From Pseudogymnoascus verrucosus (Eukaryota): a stretch of 64,000 nt of DNA. Within the stretch, counting starts at the first letter, position 1. Each line of letters starts with the position of its first letter. The translations under genes were made by a program, and so were the position numbers. The stretch lies in the NCBI GenBank assembly GCA_001662655.1, contig KV460213.1. One strand, 5' to 3'. The notes under the pieces are model-generated. The model was not told where the DNA came from. It was given only the letters and a program-made list of their open reading frames with translations, and made no database searches. Shown here piece after piece: positions 26,945-39,900 of the stretch.

Positions 26945-27764
26945 TCATTCCCAGTCCTCATCGTCCTCCTGGTTCACCGGGCGAGTGCTGCCACGTAACC
27001 CCGAGCGTTTCGGAGCTTCATCTTGGTCCTCCGCCTCTCTCCTCCGTTTCGATATCCTTATATCGTTACTCTTGACAGCGCCGACTTCGAGGAGGATGCT
27101 ATCGATGTCGCTCATGTTCGTCCTTACTCCATTCAGCAAGACCAACGTCACAATCTGCTTAACCATATCTCCATCCTTGTAAATCAGGATCGTAGGGCAA
27201 TTTCTGTCCGGATACCCCTCAATACACTGATCCCCTCTCATCTCACAGAATTTGATCTCCCCAAACTCCCTCGCCGCATCCCTCCACAGCTCCGTCAAAA
27301 CCCTACTCTCCACGTTTGTCCCCAAGCCAGATGTGAGGTTCACGAGCACAACCTCGCTCTTCGATGCCTCCGTCACCTCTCTCGAGTAGTCGGGCTTGGA
27401 TAGCGGGTAGACAGTGCCGTGCTTGGACTTCTGTGCTAGTGCGTTCATCTCCATCACCCTTTGCATCCGGTATTTCTCCAAAAACGCGTCATCCTCATCA
27501 TCCTCAAGCTCATCCAGCTCATCCAGATCCTTTCCCTCAAGACGATTCTCATGTGCAAGTCGTCGGCCTTCGAGGATAGCCTCTTCGATCATAGGCGTTG
27601 GGGATGGGGGCTTTTCTGGTATGACGCCATGTTTCCGCAGGATATCGTTCCTGGAGAGAGGTGTTAGGAGGAGCTTTGAAAGGGCGAAGGAGAGCTTACC
27701 ATTCCGTGTCTGCGTTGGGGTCGTCTATGGGTACATTGATTCTCTCGTCCATGGGGGCCGCCAT
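26945..27764 (-). CDS. PLP2: Phosducin-like protein
   Basis: DPNADTEW|NDILRKHGVIPEK across an intron; thioredoxin-like domain CIEGYPDRNCPTILIY; acidic C-terminus. Confidence 0.9.
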
Positions 27765-28574
27765 TTTGGGGGTTTGTATGTGGTGGTTTTCTGTTGCCTG
27801 TCGCACACACAGTTGTGACGGAGATTCGGTGGTGGGCGGGCCATTAGGAGCCTGGCGGGGTAGCAGTTGGATGGATGAACCTCCCAAATATGGATTTTGT
27901 CATATGATTTACGAATTATTTTTCCATGGCTACAAAGTGATATTGCTATAGTTTCAGAATAGTTTTCATTGATTTTTAGACTATCTATGTCATGTTTTGG
28001 TCTTGATCACTACCCTGTTTGTCTAACCCTGATAAATGACGGGATATCACGGTTTTTCTACCTACGCGTCTGTACCCCTTACGAGCCTCCAATTCACTCC
28101 ATACCGACTAGAAATCGCCACACGTCGTTCACAAGCGTTGTTAATAGACGCGAAGAGGCAAAGGACACCGAGGCTGTAGAGTCACAGAAGTTGGTGGCGT
28201 CCGAAAGAAGGTTTCCGAGTCAGAGATGCTGTAGAGTCACAGAAGAATCCAAACACGATCGTTCCAAGACGGTAACTTCATCGGCATATCGTACTGTGTA
28301 TAGATAACTCTTCAATATTACCATTCTTTTCTCTTTTTATTCCATCTTGCCATCGTCGAAACTGGTGTTTCTACGCGCTTAGCTCATCTGTCGCCACCAA
28401 ACTTTTCTCCGCAATCGCCAACCGGCCAGTCTCCAGCGGCCTTCGCTTAACCCACTAGCTCCAAAATATCCCACAAGCATTTTCCAAACTTTCCACTATA
28501 CCACATCACCGGCAACATCAACGAGCCATCAATCACCGCCAACACGCCAAAATCACCAACACTGATCAGGCAAA

Positions 28575-28894
28575 ATGGTCCTCGCTGTTGATCTCCTCAA
28601 CCCTTCGGCGTCTGCCGAAGCGCGCAAGCACAAGCTGAAGGTATGAACGACTCTAGAAACACCACCGACAAAACTGGCAACTGGAACACCTCAACTAACA
28701 TTGCGATGCAGAACCTCGTCCCAGCGCCGAGATCCTTCTTCATGGACGTCAAGTGCCCCGGCTGCTTCACGATCACCACCGTCTTCTCCCACGCACAAAC
28801 CGTTGTCATCTGCGCCGGCTGCTCGACCGTTCTCTGCCAGCCCACTGGAGGAAAGGCCAGGCTCACCGAGGGCTGCTCTTTCCGCCGCAAGTAG
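28575..28894 (+). CDS. RPS27: 40S ribosomal protein S27
   Basis: [10 protein letters not shown]...KHKLK, intron 28641-28711, then [18 protein letters not shown]...[19 protein letters not shown]. Confidence 0.97.
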
Positions 28895-29638
28895 ACTTGA
28901 CGCCTCGCTACTTCTCCGACTCGCACCAGCACACTACCGGTGAAAACCTCCCCAAAGATGGGCAACAGCAACAGTGGGCGATGTAAGGGTGGAACTTGGG
29001 ATTGGGATGGAAAGCACAACGCCTATCTGCTGTATTCTTGGGGCCTAGGCTGGTAGCTTATGGTTCTGGGTAGCTGGTAGCTTACGGTTATGAATGAATA
29101 ACTGTGCTGGTAGCTTACGGTTCTGAGTAACTGTGCTGGAGTAATGATATTGCTTTGACTCAGTCGTGCTTTGAATGTCAGTAACCCTGGCAACTGTTTG
29201 TGAATACGGGCTTGCTTTCGGAGTCGTGCATTGAATGCCAGTGAACCTGGTGAATCCTGTTTTCCTCAGAGTCGTGCACTCAATACCAGTAAATCTATCA
29301 AATCTCTGTGATGACAGCTATATATTGCATTGAATGTTTGCCCGTACTATATAGTAAATGATGCGGCTAATACTGTGGCCTGCCGGCAAGCAAATTCGTC
29401 GGTGCTCCTCACGTGCTCCCAATCCACGCCCTTATCAACCACATCGTAGCCAAATTTAATCATAACCCCGAACCAGCCAGCCTTCACCCATCCGGTTTCA
29501 CCTGAACTCCAGCGCCAACCCCGCACCGTCATCCTCAACCTCTCCACTCCAAACCCCTCGAGCTCATGAAGTAATCCTCATCTCAATCCGAAAATACACA
29601 TTCCCTCACACCATCAGTCGTTTCCCTCACAAGCTACA

Positions 29639-30412
29639 ATGCCATCCTCAACCCACCAAGCCAAGCGGCCCTACGCCGGCACACACAGTCAACACCAGGC
29701 TTCGATAACATCCTACTTCCCCTCCCCCTCTGGCGCCGCTCCCGCCCCGACCACCGTCCGCAATGCCTCTTCGCCCCCAGTCCTCCCAGCGACCGTCCAA
29801 TCCAACCTCCTCAGTGTCGGAATGCGCGTCCGCAAATCCGTACCCGAGGGCTACAAGACCGGCTCCTACAGCTCCTTTGCGCTGTTCTCCGACCAGGCAC
29901 CTCCCACGAAGCCTCAGCAGCAGCTACAGCCGCAGCGCCGCGTGAAGCAAGTATCAGGCAGTGCAGCGAGGGAGCTCGCGCCATTCTGCGGGATAATGAA
30001 AGTTGGCGGGCTGGCAGTTCAGGCTCCACAAGCAGATGAGGAGTACATGGATGACGAGGACGAGGTTCTGGACGAAGATGACGTCCCGGGTATGAGCTCG
30101 CAGGGCTCAACGCTGAGTGCTTACTCCACTACCACGCATAAACGCCGTCTCTCGGCTTCTTCGGTAGGCTCTGATGATGAGGGGGGAGCGCCGTATAGCT
30201 GGGCCGACATGGGGATCAGTCCTAAGTCGCAGGCTCCGCAGCAGGGTCAGGCTTGGGCTGTCGCGGGGAACCGTGCGATGGCGCTGCCGAGGAGGATGAA
30301 GAAGGCTGGTGCCGGGGGAGCGATGGGAGGGCAGGAGAATGGGGTTGACTTTGAGGAGGCTGGGTTCTTGGATTATGCGGCGCTGGGGGAGGTGGATATG
30401 GGGGGATTGTGA
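29639..30412 (+). CDS. Ribonucleotide reductase inhibitor-family protein (Spd1/Dif1-like)
   Basis: Motif VQSNLLSVGMRVRKSVPEGYKT; PIP-like QASITSYF; C-terminal DFEEAGFL. Confidence 0.8.
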   Translation: MPSSTHQAKRPYAGTHSQHQASITSYFPSPSGAAPAPTTVRNASSPPVLPATVQSNLLSVGMRVRKSVPEGYKTGSYSSFALFSDQAPPTKPQQQLQPQRRVKQVSGSAARELAPFCGIMKVGGLAVQAPQADEEYMDDEDEVLDEDDVPGMSSQGSTLSAYSTTTHKRRLSASSVGSDDEGGAPYSWADMGISPKSQAPQQGQAWAVAGNRAMALPRRMKKAGAGGAMGGQENGVDFEEAGFLDYAALGEVDMGGL

Positions 30413-31095
30413 TATGTACAGTATTGTGTGAGTGGGATGGGATGGGATGGGATGGGATGGGCCTGGCGAAGCTTATGGCTGGGTGGGGGGATAATGTATG
30501 TTATTGGGCAGCGGTTTCGGTGTTATGAGCAAAAGGCGTTTACAGAGCGGGATTTTAGCAAAGATGCTTAGATTAATTTATGGAAACACTTCCTCGAAGA
30601 ATGGGTATTGTGTCTTGCTCATCGCTTTGTGTTTAGGCTATCAATGTTTTGTTTCTCAAGCTTAGTGGGCATCCAGGAACATATTTGGGATGATACCCAA
30701 GCTTTGGAAGTCATCTCCTATTTACTCTTTCTCATCCGCTTCGTCTCCTTGGCTCTCATTATTTTCTACCCTAGTTTGGTTTTTAAACCGCATCTTCCTT
30801 CGAAGAAGAAAATCGACTCTTTGCCACCAACACTGAACCATACGAAGCATCCATTCCCCATGGGTTTACGATGCCCCTCTCCGAGACCCCAAGGTATAAA
30901 AAGGCAGATACAACGAAGGGCCGGTTGCTCATTCTATCTTCCAATTGGCGGTTGTTGTTCCTTCTCACATTGAAAGACCAACCGTGCCTTCCCTAGTTCG
31001 GCGGGTTGGTCTTTCGTTCTGCTCTCAAGTAAAGAACGACGCTAACCAAAAATAGCAATGAAGCAAAAAGAGCAAACAAAAACATACAAACAAAA

Positions 31096-31158
31096 ACATA
31101 CAACAGTGGGTATTCGCTGGTGGTCACCCACCCAACTACTAATCCACCGATCTCAAGC
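31096..31158 (-). rRNA. 5S rRNA gene, 3' half (interrupted)
   Basis: Minus strand GCTTGAGATCGGTGGATTAGTAGTTGGGTGGGTGACCACCAGCGAATACCCACTGTTGTATGT followed by a T-run Pol III terminator; typical ascomycete 5S 3' half. Confidence 0.92.
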
Positions 31159-31328
31159 AAACATATGGATAATAGTTAAATCAGTGCCATCCGTCCTAGT
31201 GGGTGAGCCTTGCTGCCCTTGCCCCTTATTTTGTGATCGTTACTATCTCGACCACCTCAACCATCTAAAAGTGGGTCAATTTTTGACGACGCGTTGCACC
31301 GCGACATTAGATGCATGTAGGTTAGCTG

Positions 31329-31426
31329 GGTGAGTGGGTGAGCTGGGTGAGTGGGTGAGCGTGGTGAGCAAGGTGAGTAGGGTGAGTAAGGTGAGTAGGG
31401 TGAGCTAGATGGGTGAGGAAGGCGAG
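31329..31426 (+). repeat. Left subterminal GGTGAG array (10 copies, ~8-9 bp period)
   Basis: Copies counted directly in the sequence. Confidence 0.9.
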
Positions 31427-31698
31427 TATAGCTAAGCTAGGAAAATGGTATAAAGGGCTAGTCTCCTGCCTTCACATTTTAAGGTCCTCTGTCTGCAACT
31501 TTGTCTATTTTTTTAATATTTGCTATAATTGTAAGGATGCCTCCTCCCTCGCGCTCTAGGGATTAGACTGTTGGAGGTAATTGCGGTAAACGGGGAACTG
31601 CACACAAAATCGTGTGAGGGTCTCCGGTCACCGTAATCAGTCTCTACGGGCAGCAGAACAGAGGCTTCACAGTAGGATACAGTATATAGAATAATATA

Positions 31699-31935
31699 AT
31701 CAATTGAATTGCTCACTAAACTACGGGTCTACGTACGCTATTTGTAGGCATGGGGAAACCCCCAAACTCCCTGAAGAATTGCTTCTTCTTCTCGAGTTGG
31801 GGGTGTGAGACTGGGCCGAACGCCCAAACTAATACTCTGACTAACCGGGGAACCAGACAGTCCCATGGAGAAAAGTGGTCATTTTGGGTGCAAAAGGCCA
31901 CCGTATTCTCATGGGATTGTCCGTTTCCCCCAACA
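31699..31935 (-). repeat. Subterminal block X, copy 1 (inverted relative to copies 2 and 3)
   Basis: Reverse complement GTTGGGGGAAACGGACAATCCCATGAGAATACGGTGGCCTTTTGCACCC...GGGGGTTTCCCC...TAGCGTACGTAGACCCGTAG...AATTCAATTGAT aligns with 45160-45330 and 48717-49034. Confidence 0.8.
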
Positions 31936-33010
31936 TAGACTAGGAGCTGTCGCGGTCACGTGATGGGAGTCAGGGCGGGTCAGCCGAGTCGGACCTGCTT
32001 CGGATACCATGAGGGACTCAATAGGGTTCCCCCTTCATCTTTTTTGTATCCTTCGTAGTAGACCTATAGGATTGTACCGCAACCCATCCGACTCGCACTC
32101 CCATATGCTATTGATCGTGAGCTGGTGCCCTGTGTCCTTACATCGCGACTGGCCTAGAACATATGTGTGTCTCACACTCGTTGGAAACCTGCAGAACTTT
32201 TAGCTAAGTGGAACATTATGTACGCGAGCCGTGTATCGTCACACCACATGTCAGCTTATGAGATATTGATTGCAGAATATTTGATATTGCGGCAATTAAA
32301 AAGTAGAAGTAGTATAGCAGCCGCAGATCGAAGCTTCTGTTGTGTGGGTGACAACCGTAGTAAGCTTATAATAACTTTAATCAGATAAAATGACAGTTTG
32401 CAGCCACGGCGAACTAAGCGATTTAGCGCATGTGGCTTTCCCATTTATTTGTGATGAGGGACCGGAGGGGACGATAACGAATAATTCCCCTGCGTGTATG
32501 TGGTACAGAGTATGTTTTTAGGGGCTCGTTTATAGGCATCATTAAGCAAACGGAATAAACCCTACCAATACCTTGCATCCTGATCTATTTTCAATAATAA
32601 TCCGTAAGGTGCATCAATCAATATATGAGTACGCAGGTGACTAATACAGCCTTGGCAGGGCTCGGCTGACCCCCCTACTTAATAAGTAGAGCATTTCTAG
32701 GTCAGCCGAGGCTACACCCCATGGTTAGGTCACCTACGTTCTGTCAATATATGCCATGCGTCGGTGACTATTATCTTGGGGGCATACGGCTCCGTATTCG
32801 TTGGCTAGGGTCGCTAAGCTGCGGCTGACAGCCGTCACTAGATAAAGAACTATAGGCGACAGGAACGGAGGGGGAGGGGATAAATACAAGCTATAAGTAA
32901 TTGTAGTTAGCTGTTTCCATTTCTATTTCCATTGAGTAGGACTCCTTTGCCTGTAAGCTCACTGTTGCCATTTTTACGGCCTACATTCGTTAGTATCAAA
33001 AACCAACATT

Positions 33011-34498
33011 ATGCCTCGCCTATTATCTAGCCTTCTCCTTGCTTTGCTTGGATCCGTGACCAGCACGATAGCATGTACAATTCCTACCACGCCGCCAGGA
33101 AACACCATCCTTGACAAGTTCAGCATTGTTGTTCAGAACCCGAGCATTCCCACAGTGCACAACAAGGTTATGAGATTCAGGGCTAATGGCGACGACGAGC
33201 ATTTGGTGCTGCCCCCTATAGGCGTTGCGACCAACGACGTGCTGTATCTTCAAGACGGCCGTCTCATTTACAATGCGATTCATGCTGTAATCGATCTAGA
33301 GGTAAGATTTCCATAATTACCCCTAGGACGGTGAGTTGAGTAATGTTAAAGCTGACCCTGCTAGTACAACGACCAAGATGATACAACTAAGATGTTCATG
33401 ACTGCACGGGAATACCACCCATCAGCGGTTTTCAAGGGAGAGTATGCTTGCGATCCAGACACGGATGAGCTGCAGATCCAGCTGAAACTGGTTTCTCGCC
33501 TTACTGATCCGCCTGTGCTTGGTGGGCAGATCGGCATACGGGACGCGGTTGGGACATTGGAATTCCGATACTCGCCCCCTGGAAACACCAGTAAGTTGCT
33601 TCTAACCTTTCTTTACCCCACGGGAGCAATTCAAGACACTAGAAATGAGGGGCACATGTGTTGTGATTACTGACACTTATGTTTACCTTACTTAGAGATC
33701 AACAATGAATTTCTGCCCGTTGAGATGGTGATTTTCCGTAACAGCATAAGCCCTACTAGTACCGCTAAGCCTAGCACCTCTACGGCTGCCCCTCTAAGTT
33801 CGACTGTGATTCTAACAACTACTGCTGAACCGCCAACAACCACCGCGGCACTACCAACCAGCACCAGCGTTCCTACGACCCCAACCAGCCCAGTAAAGGT
33901 TGGTGACTACGACTTTCTGTACTGCTGGGCTGAGCCAGCTGCTGGTCGGGCATTTGCTGCTAAATCCACTGCCGCGGACGACATGACCCTCGCGAAATGT
34001 GCGGCCTTCTGCACCGCCTACCCATACTTCGGCACCGAGTGGAGCAAAGAGTGTTGGTGCGGCAACGATCCAGCAACGGGATCTGATTTTGCTCCATTAG
34101 GAGAGTGCGACTACCCCTGCGCTGGGGACGCATCACAATTATGCGGTGGCTCGCGCCGTCTGTCGCTCTACTACAATTCAGCCCTAACCGGTCCCCAGCA
34201 ACCTAAGACCGTTGGCAACTATGAGTTTCAAGGCTGCGTCACTGATAGTCATGGACAGCGTACGTTGACGCAGGATATGCTCGGGAGCGATTACATGACG
34301 CTAGAGACGTGCGCTACTTTCTGTGGTGGCTACACGTACTTTGGGACTGAGTGGAGTACTGAGTGTTGGTGTGGGAATACTCTTACTACAGGCGCTACAA
34401 TTGTTTATGCTGGCCAGTGCAGCATGACTTGCAGCGGCAATAGCGACCAGTTGTGCGGGAATGGAGATAGATTGAGTGTTTACAAGGTGAAAGCTTAG
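33011..34498 (+). CDS. Secreted protein with Ser/Thr linker and two WSC carbohydrate-binding domains
   Basis: Signal peptide; introns 33302-33364 and 33591-33695 keep the frame; two YFGTEWSxECWCGN...C.G.....CG...RLS motifs. Confidence 0.88.
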
Positions 34499-34739
34499 GG
34501 TGTGCGTGGTTGAAGCACAGCTCAGTAGCTACTCAGGTTAAACAGCAATATCTCGGGTCCAAAGATAGAATTAGATATTGATCGTGCCTTTATTTCCGGT
34601 GCCGACTATCCTACTACCATTGGAAACGTTGATAGTTCACTATTCAATTTCTATATAGTTGGCACAAAAAGTTTATAAAGCGTTCAATAGCGCACTTTCC
34701 TTACATTACGCGTAGGCAGAGTCTGATACTGCTTGAGGG

Positions 34740-35735
34740 GAGGAAGACATCCTCGCGCTGGATTGCTGTGAGATTATATGTAGAGCACTAAGAGGCAATG
34801 TACGGAGGAATTTGGATATTTCAAAAGCAACTAACTACTTCGTCCAACGGAAAAAGGTAGAAGGCTCGATGTTGCCTCCTAAACCGTCTGGCATGGATTC
34901 CAGCCAAAGGGGCCGATCAACCGCTGATACTATCAACCGAAAGAGATCATCTAGTTCACTTAACGCGCCCCTACTACCAAAGAAGCGCACTTGCTCCAGC
35001 TCCCCAACAAAAAGGGAGCAAACTCCGTCGACGCATAACCGAATCCGCCGTCGCGTCATTGTCCGCGACTACGGAACACCTATATACAAGGCAAGCTCTT
35101 ATGTCGCCATAATTGCTGCGTTGGAGAGATTTGCGGAGGTAAACAGTGCATTAGCTGACCAACGTAGGATACGAGTCTCTACACGACCGTGGTAGCATGC
35201 TCCAGCGCGACATGTCGATTGGAAACCTTATGATGAACGAGGATGTCGATAACCCTTCCTGGCCCTCATTCTCATCGATCTCGCAATTAAATCGGAGCAA
35301 GAGGAGCCTTCGGGAGCACGAAGCAAGACCGGCACGAAAGCTTTTATAGCTATTAGGGTACTCCTTGGCGAGAATCATTCCTTCATACACGATCTAGAAT
35401 CGTTCTTCTAGGTAGTCTTGTGGATTTGCATCCACTATAATGGGCCGGCTCAGAAACTGACAGTTGTCTATAGGTTTGATAAGTGGAACTTTTCAGATAC
35501 AGAAGAGTTAGCTGAGTCCAAGAAAGGGGCAGTGGTCCATGAAGGAGATTTTAAGAGGATGGTGGAGGAGAACATTAGGCCATACTACAAGTCACTTCAG
35601 CCTTAGCTGAATCGATTACGAAAGGTGGTATTTCCAAACGGCGGGAGATGGAAAAAGGAAGATAGAGGCCTATATTCTCGGATGAAGGAGGTTCTCCGTG
35701 AAGCACAGAGGGACTTGAATGTAGCAGCAGAATAG
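34740..35735 (+). pseudogene. Fungal-specific FunK1 protein kinase fragment
   Basis: HNRIRRRVIVRDYG, LQRDMSIGNLM, RTGTKAFIAI, HSFIHDLESFF*VVLWIC spread over different frames with stops; N-terminus missing. Confidence 0.8.
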
Positions 35736-36019
35736 GTACCACAATATATAAGCGCTCTCTTGAATATTGTTTCTGTGCATGATGCGCTATGTTTCATGAT
35801 ACACAACGTTGGCTAGATACCTCAACTTCTGCTGATGTACTTGGAGGATCAAACCTTCTAGGCCGCAGTCAAATGAAAATGGAGTCAAAAGAGCCTTAAT
35901 GGGCAGTGGGTCTGTTTCTAAACTCAATCTATTTCTGGAGTTCGCACCCCTGTCGCGGCCCTGTTCGTTTGGGGGAGCAAGGCCAGTGCGCACCTTCCCC
36001 AAGTAAAACAAAGATTTAG

Positions 36020-36240
36020 GTCTAAAGTAGGGGCTAAAGCTTAGTATCTTAATAACTATACTACTAGTTGCTTTAAAACTTAGATAAGAAGCTTTAAATG
36101 CCTATAAAAGGCTAAATATACATTTTTATAATTTACTAATAAATAGTTGTTAAGATATTTAGTTACAAAATTCATTATTTTAGGTGTAAAATGGAGATGC
36201 TAACTTGCTTATGGTGCTGACTTGCTTATGAAATACGTTA
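36020..36240. mobile_element. AT-rich relic of a pogo/Fot1-like DNA transposon end
   Basis: Ends in CTTGCTTATG..CTTGCTTATGAAATACGT followed by TA (TIR with internal repeat plus TA target); interior strongly TA-rich, RIP-like. Confidence 0.55.
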
Positions 36241-36909
36241 ATTTATAAGGACTAAGTTTAAATATCGCTCATTTAGTTTTAGAGGTTTAGTAGTTCCATC
36301 TATAAATCATGTAACCTTAGTAAAATGTAATCACCCTATGTTCTACCATTAAACTTAGCCTCTTATGGTTACTTTATAGCACCTCTACTCTTTTAGGGCT
36401 TAGATTACATAGCTCTAACTTATGGCTCACAAATGGCGAATCATCCCAAAAATAGGAGCAAAGCCGCGGGCAGTACTCTAGGGACTGGTAGGCCAGTTGG
36501 GGGGAAGGGGGGGGGAGGGGTTAGTGCTTTGTTAATATGGGAAAGAGAGCGATGCTGCATGGGTGTTTTTGTAAGCAAACAAAGGTGGTGAAACGCTCTG
36601 ATCGACTCAGCAGAAAGAGTCTTCGGGGTTCGCAAGGTTGGGATACATAGGTATATTGAAGGCTAGCCTACTTGAGGCACCTTTATTTTCTCTTATTTAA
36701 ACTTCCCAATACTCTCAAAAACACTACATATATCTCCTTTATCCTCTCTGCTGCCCATAAATATCGAAATCTAACCAAATATGCCCGGCACAATTATCAT
36801 AACGATCAGTTTATATATATATGAATTACAGGTATATAGTTCATGAACAACTTGCACCCTCCCTCTTTCCTGACTCCCTTCCTTTTCCAACTCCCTCTTC
36901 GGGACAGAT

Positions 36910-39900
36910 CTAACTACACTTCTTAATAATCTTATCGATCTTAGAGGTAAGATTATTAAGAAGTGTAAAGACATTCCCCAGCTTAGAGACATCATCGACA
37001 GTCATAGCACGACGCAGCTTTCCCAGTTTCCCAAACTGCTCCCCCTTACCTATAGTGCCACCGCCCCCAACACCGAGCAAATCGGCAAAGATAACCATGG
37101 GTGCGCTCTTGGGGTCCTTGACAATGCTAAAGATGTCCGCGGCGCCATTAGACAGCATGCCAATGAGTCCAATGGCGCCAGCCAGGTCAGCGAGCCCCGC
37201 GATATCCGCGCCGAGGCCGCCTACAAAGGGAACAACTATCAGCACTGCGGTGATGATCTCCAGGATCAGCTTCTGGCGGTCGGCGTTTGACTGCGCCTTG
37301 CTGATTACCTTGACCTGCGCAAGGGAGTCGATGGCCTGCTGGATCATGGCGATGGGCATGGCGAGCACCTGCGCTGGGTCCGTCCCCGAGCCTTGCCACT
37401 GCCCGAGTATCTGGTTCATCCACGTGGAGTCGATGGTGGACTGCAGCATGGTCATGTTGGGCAGAGCGGCAGTGACGATGTCCTTGGGGTTGGTGGGATT
37501 GACGTTGCCAGAGCCCTGGGGGAGGCCCTTCCAGTAGCTGTATATGCCACTCTGGTGACCATTCACCGTTGGCGGGGGGAAATCTTTGTCGCCGAAGGAG
37601 ACCCAGTCGGCAGAAATTCCGTAGTTGGCGGAGAGGTCCGCGTAGAAGCCGGTCGAGTTCTTGAGATCGAAAAGGCATGTAGCCTTGGGATCCGAGCTCA
37701 ATCTGGTCAAAGGGGCAGGTCTGTGTGGTGCGGTTTACTCCTTGGACTTGCCATGTGCAATCAAAGTACTTGTTACCAGGGCCGTCGACAGAGTTCATGA
37801 AATGGGCTATCGCGTTGGGCACCTCCTCCTTGATGGCCTCGACGTAGTAGCCAAAGAGACTGTCGTAGTCGTTGTCAACGCTGGTGTAGTTTGCAAGGGC
37901 GGCAGCGAGCTCCTTGGAAAGGGCATTCACAGTGAAGATCTCTGCGCACTGCTTGGCGATCGAGCCCACGGCAGCGACGACATCGTCAAGGTTATTGTAG
38001 TTCTTGGTGAAGTCGCAGGGGGGCACGACGCCGTCGTCGCCGTCGTCGGTGCCATCGGACTTGGAGCCCTGCGAGTAGTCAAAGACGAGGTCTATCGCCC
38101 AGTCCACCGATCCGCCGGTATGGTATTGCCCCCAGTAAAAAAGCCGCGCTGCATATGTCCTGTCCGCCACGTACGAGACCCACTGCGTGTCGTCGTACAC
38201 GAGGATGTCGCCGTTCAGGAGCTCGTTGTACCCACCCCTGGTAAATGATTCGCCTGTATGATCCTTAAGCAGCGTTATATTCCTGCTGCCGTAAAGATCC
38301 GGGGAGTTGGCTGAGCTGATGATCTGGTTGATTTCATAGTTGGATATATACCCGGATGTATTGGTGCAAGGCCCTGGCGTCGCGCCAGACTCTGGCCCTG
38401 TAGATAGGCACTGCGGACCTGTGCATCCAGCCTTTGCCATCTCGAAGCTTCGGCCATAGCGGGCCATACCGATCACGACCTTGTTCAGGGGCACGCCGGC
38501 CTTGGTGATCATAGAAATGGCGTAGTAGGTCTCAGTGGAGTTGGTGTGTGACCGCAGACAGTTGCCATTCTCGCAGTCCTCGTTGACGAATTTGTTGGCA
38601 TAGTCCCATTGCCCATGAAGATCGTATGTCATGTAGACAATGTAATCGACAACTTTGCTTATAGAAGCAATAGGGAAATTCCGCAGATACCAGTACGACG
38701 CCGGCGCCGCGATGCTTACCGTCCTACCCGCAGGCAGCGCCGCCTTCACGGACTTTAGGAACGCGAGGTAGTTGACGCCATCTTGAGGAGTTCCCGGTTC
38801 GGCTCCCTTGATATCAGTCGCACCAGGGTACTCCCAGTCGAAATCTAGACCGTCAAGGTTATACTTGTTAAGAAACTCAAGCAGACTTTTGACAAATGTG
38901 GCTCGTTGAGCATCCGTAACGCCCGCATGGAAGATTGGGGACGTATCGGCATCAGTTGAAAAAGACCAGCCGCCGAAGGACATGATACGCTTAGTGCCTT
39001 TAAGAGCGACAAAGTTGGCAAATTTCTCTGGGTAAGTGCTGACATCTACTTGAAAGTCTGCAGTAATAGAACCGAAGGCATAGTGGACGTAGTTGTAGAT
39101 GCTGGTGTCGATATCAGACGGGTTCATATGAAGGCAGGCCCGGTCGGCGCTAAACGCCTCAAAGTATGCAATCCTCCTGTATGCGACATCTGAAGAGGCG
39201 CCTTCAATAATGTCGACGCCGCAGTCAGAGATACACCCATAGGTCCCTACGGCAGCTGTTCCAGGGGCCTTTGTTGTCGAGTTGGTTATAGTGCAGAACT
39301 CTGGCGTTGTCCCGCACTGTCCCCATATATCGCAGCAGGAGTTCAGTGGACAGGGTTCAGACTGGCTAGTGTAGTCCCTTTCGCCGGGGCTTTGGTCCCA
39401 GGGACTTGAGGCCCGCAAATGGTGCCAGCAACAGGCGCCGGCATAGGCGGAGTTCCTGTGCTAAGACATATGTGCTGACCAAGCTGGAGGTCGCCACAGC
39501 CCATCCAACCCCATGTATTTTTGTTGACAGCCTCGATATTGGCTGTCGTAGTATGGTGGGCAGTGGCGATAGTGTTGCAGATATCGTGTTGCAAGATTGT
39601 GTAGGAGAAGCAAGAGCCGTCTGCGCCCGGCTTGGGCGAGAAATCTGGCAGGGTCCCGGTTGAGCAGCATACGTACTGGTTAAGAATGATAGGCTTGGTG
39701 CAGAACGATGCCCCGCCATTGTAGCTCTCCAGTTGGGCCTGGGTGATTGCGCAGCGTGCGGCCAACGCATAGCAACCGTCCCCAGCCCCTGCCTGTGTAT
39801 ACTTGCAGGTTGCGCGTGCGACGAGGCCACTGTTAGTTTCGCTTTCACCATCTGAGGGCGCAGGCGTAATTTTGATATTGGAGCCCGGGATCGTGCTGAG

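Noticed and set aside
28173..28246. 18-bp direct repeat GCTGTAGAGTCACAGAAG in the PLP2/RPS27 promoter
   Set aside because: Two copies only; most simply a local duplication, with no evidence for function
30972..31015. 12-bp stem hairpin GAAAGACCAACC/GGTTGGTCTTTC near the 5S 3' end
   Set aside because: Outside the element and isolated; no supporting context
31329..31426. GGTGAG array as CRISPR or telomeric repeat
   Set aside because: Eukaryotic DNA; no unique spacers or cas genes; not TTAGGG; mirrored at the other end of the insertion
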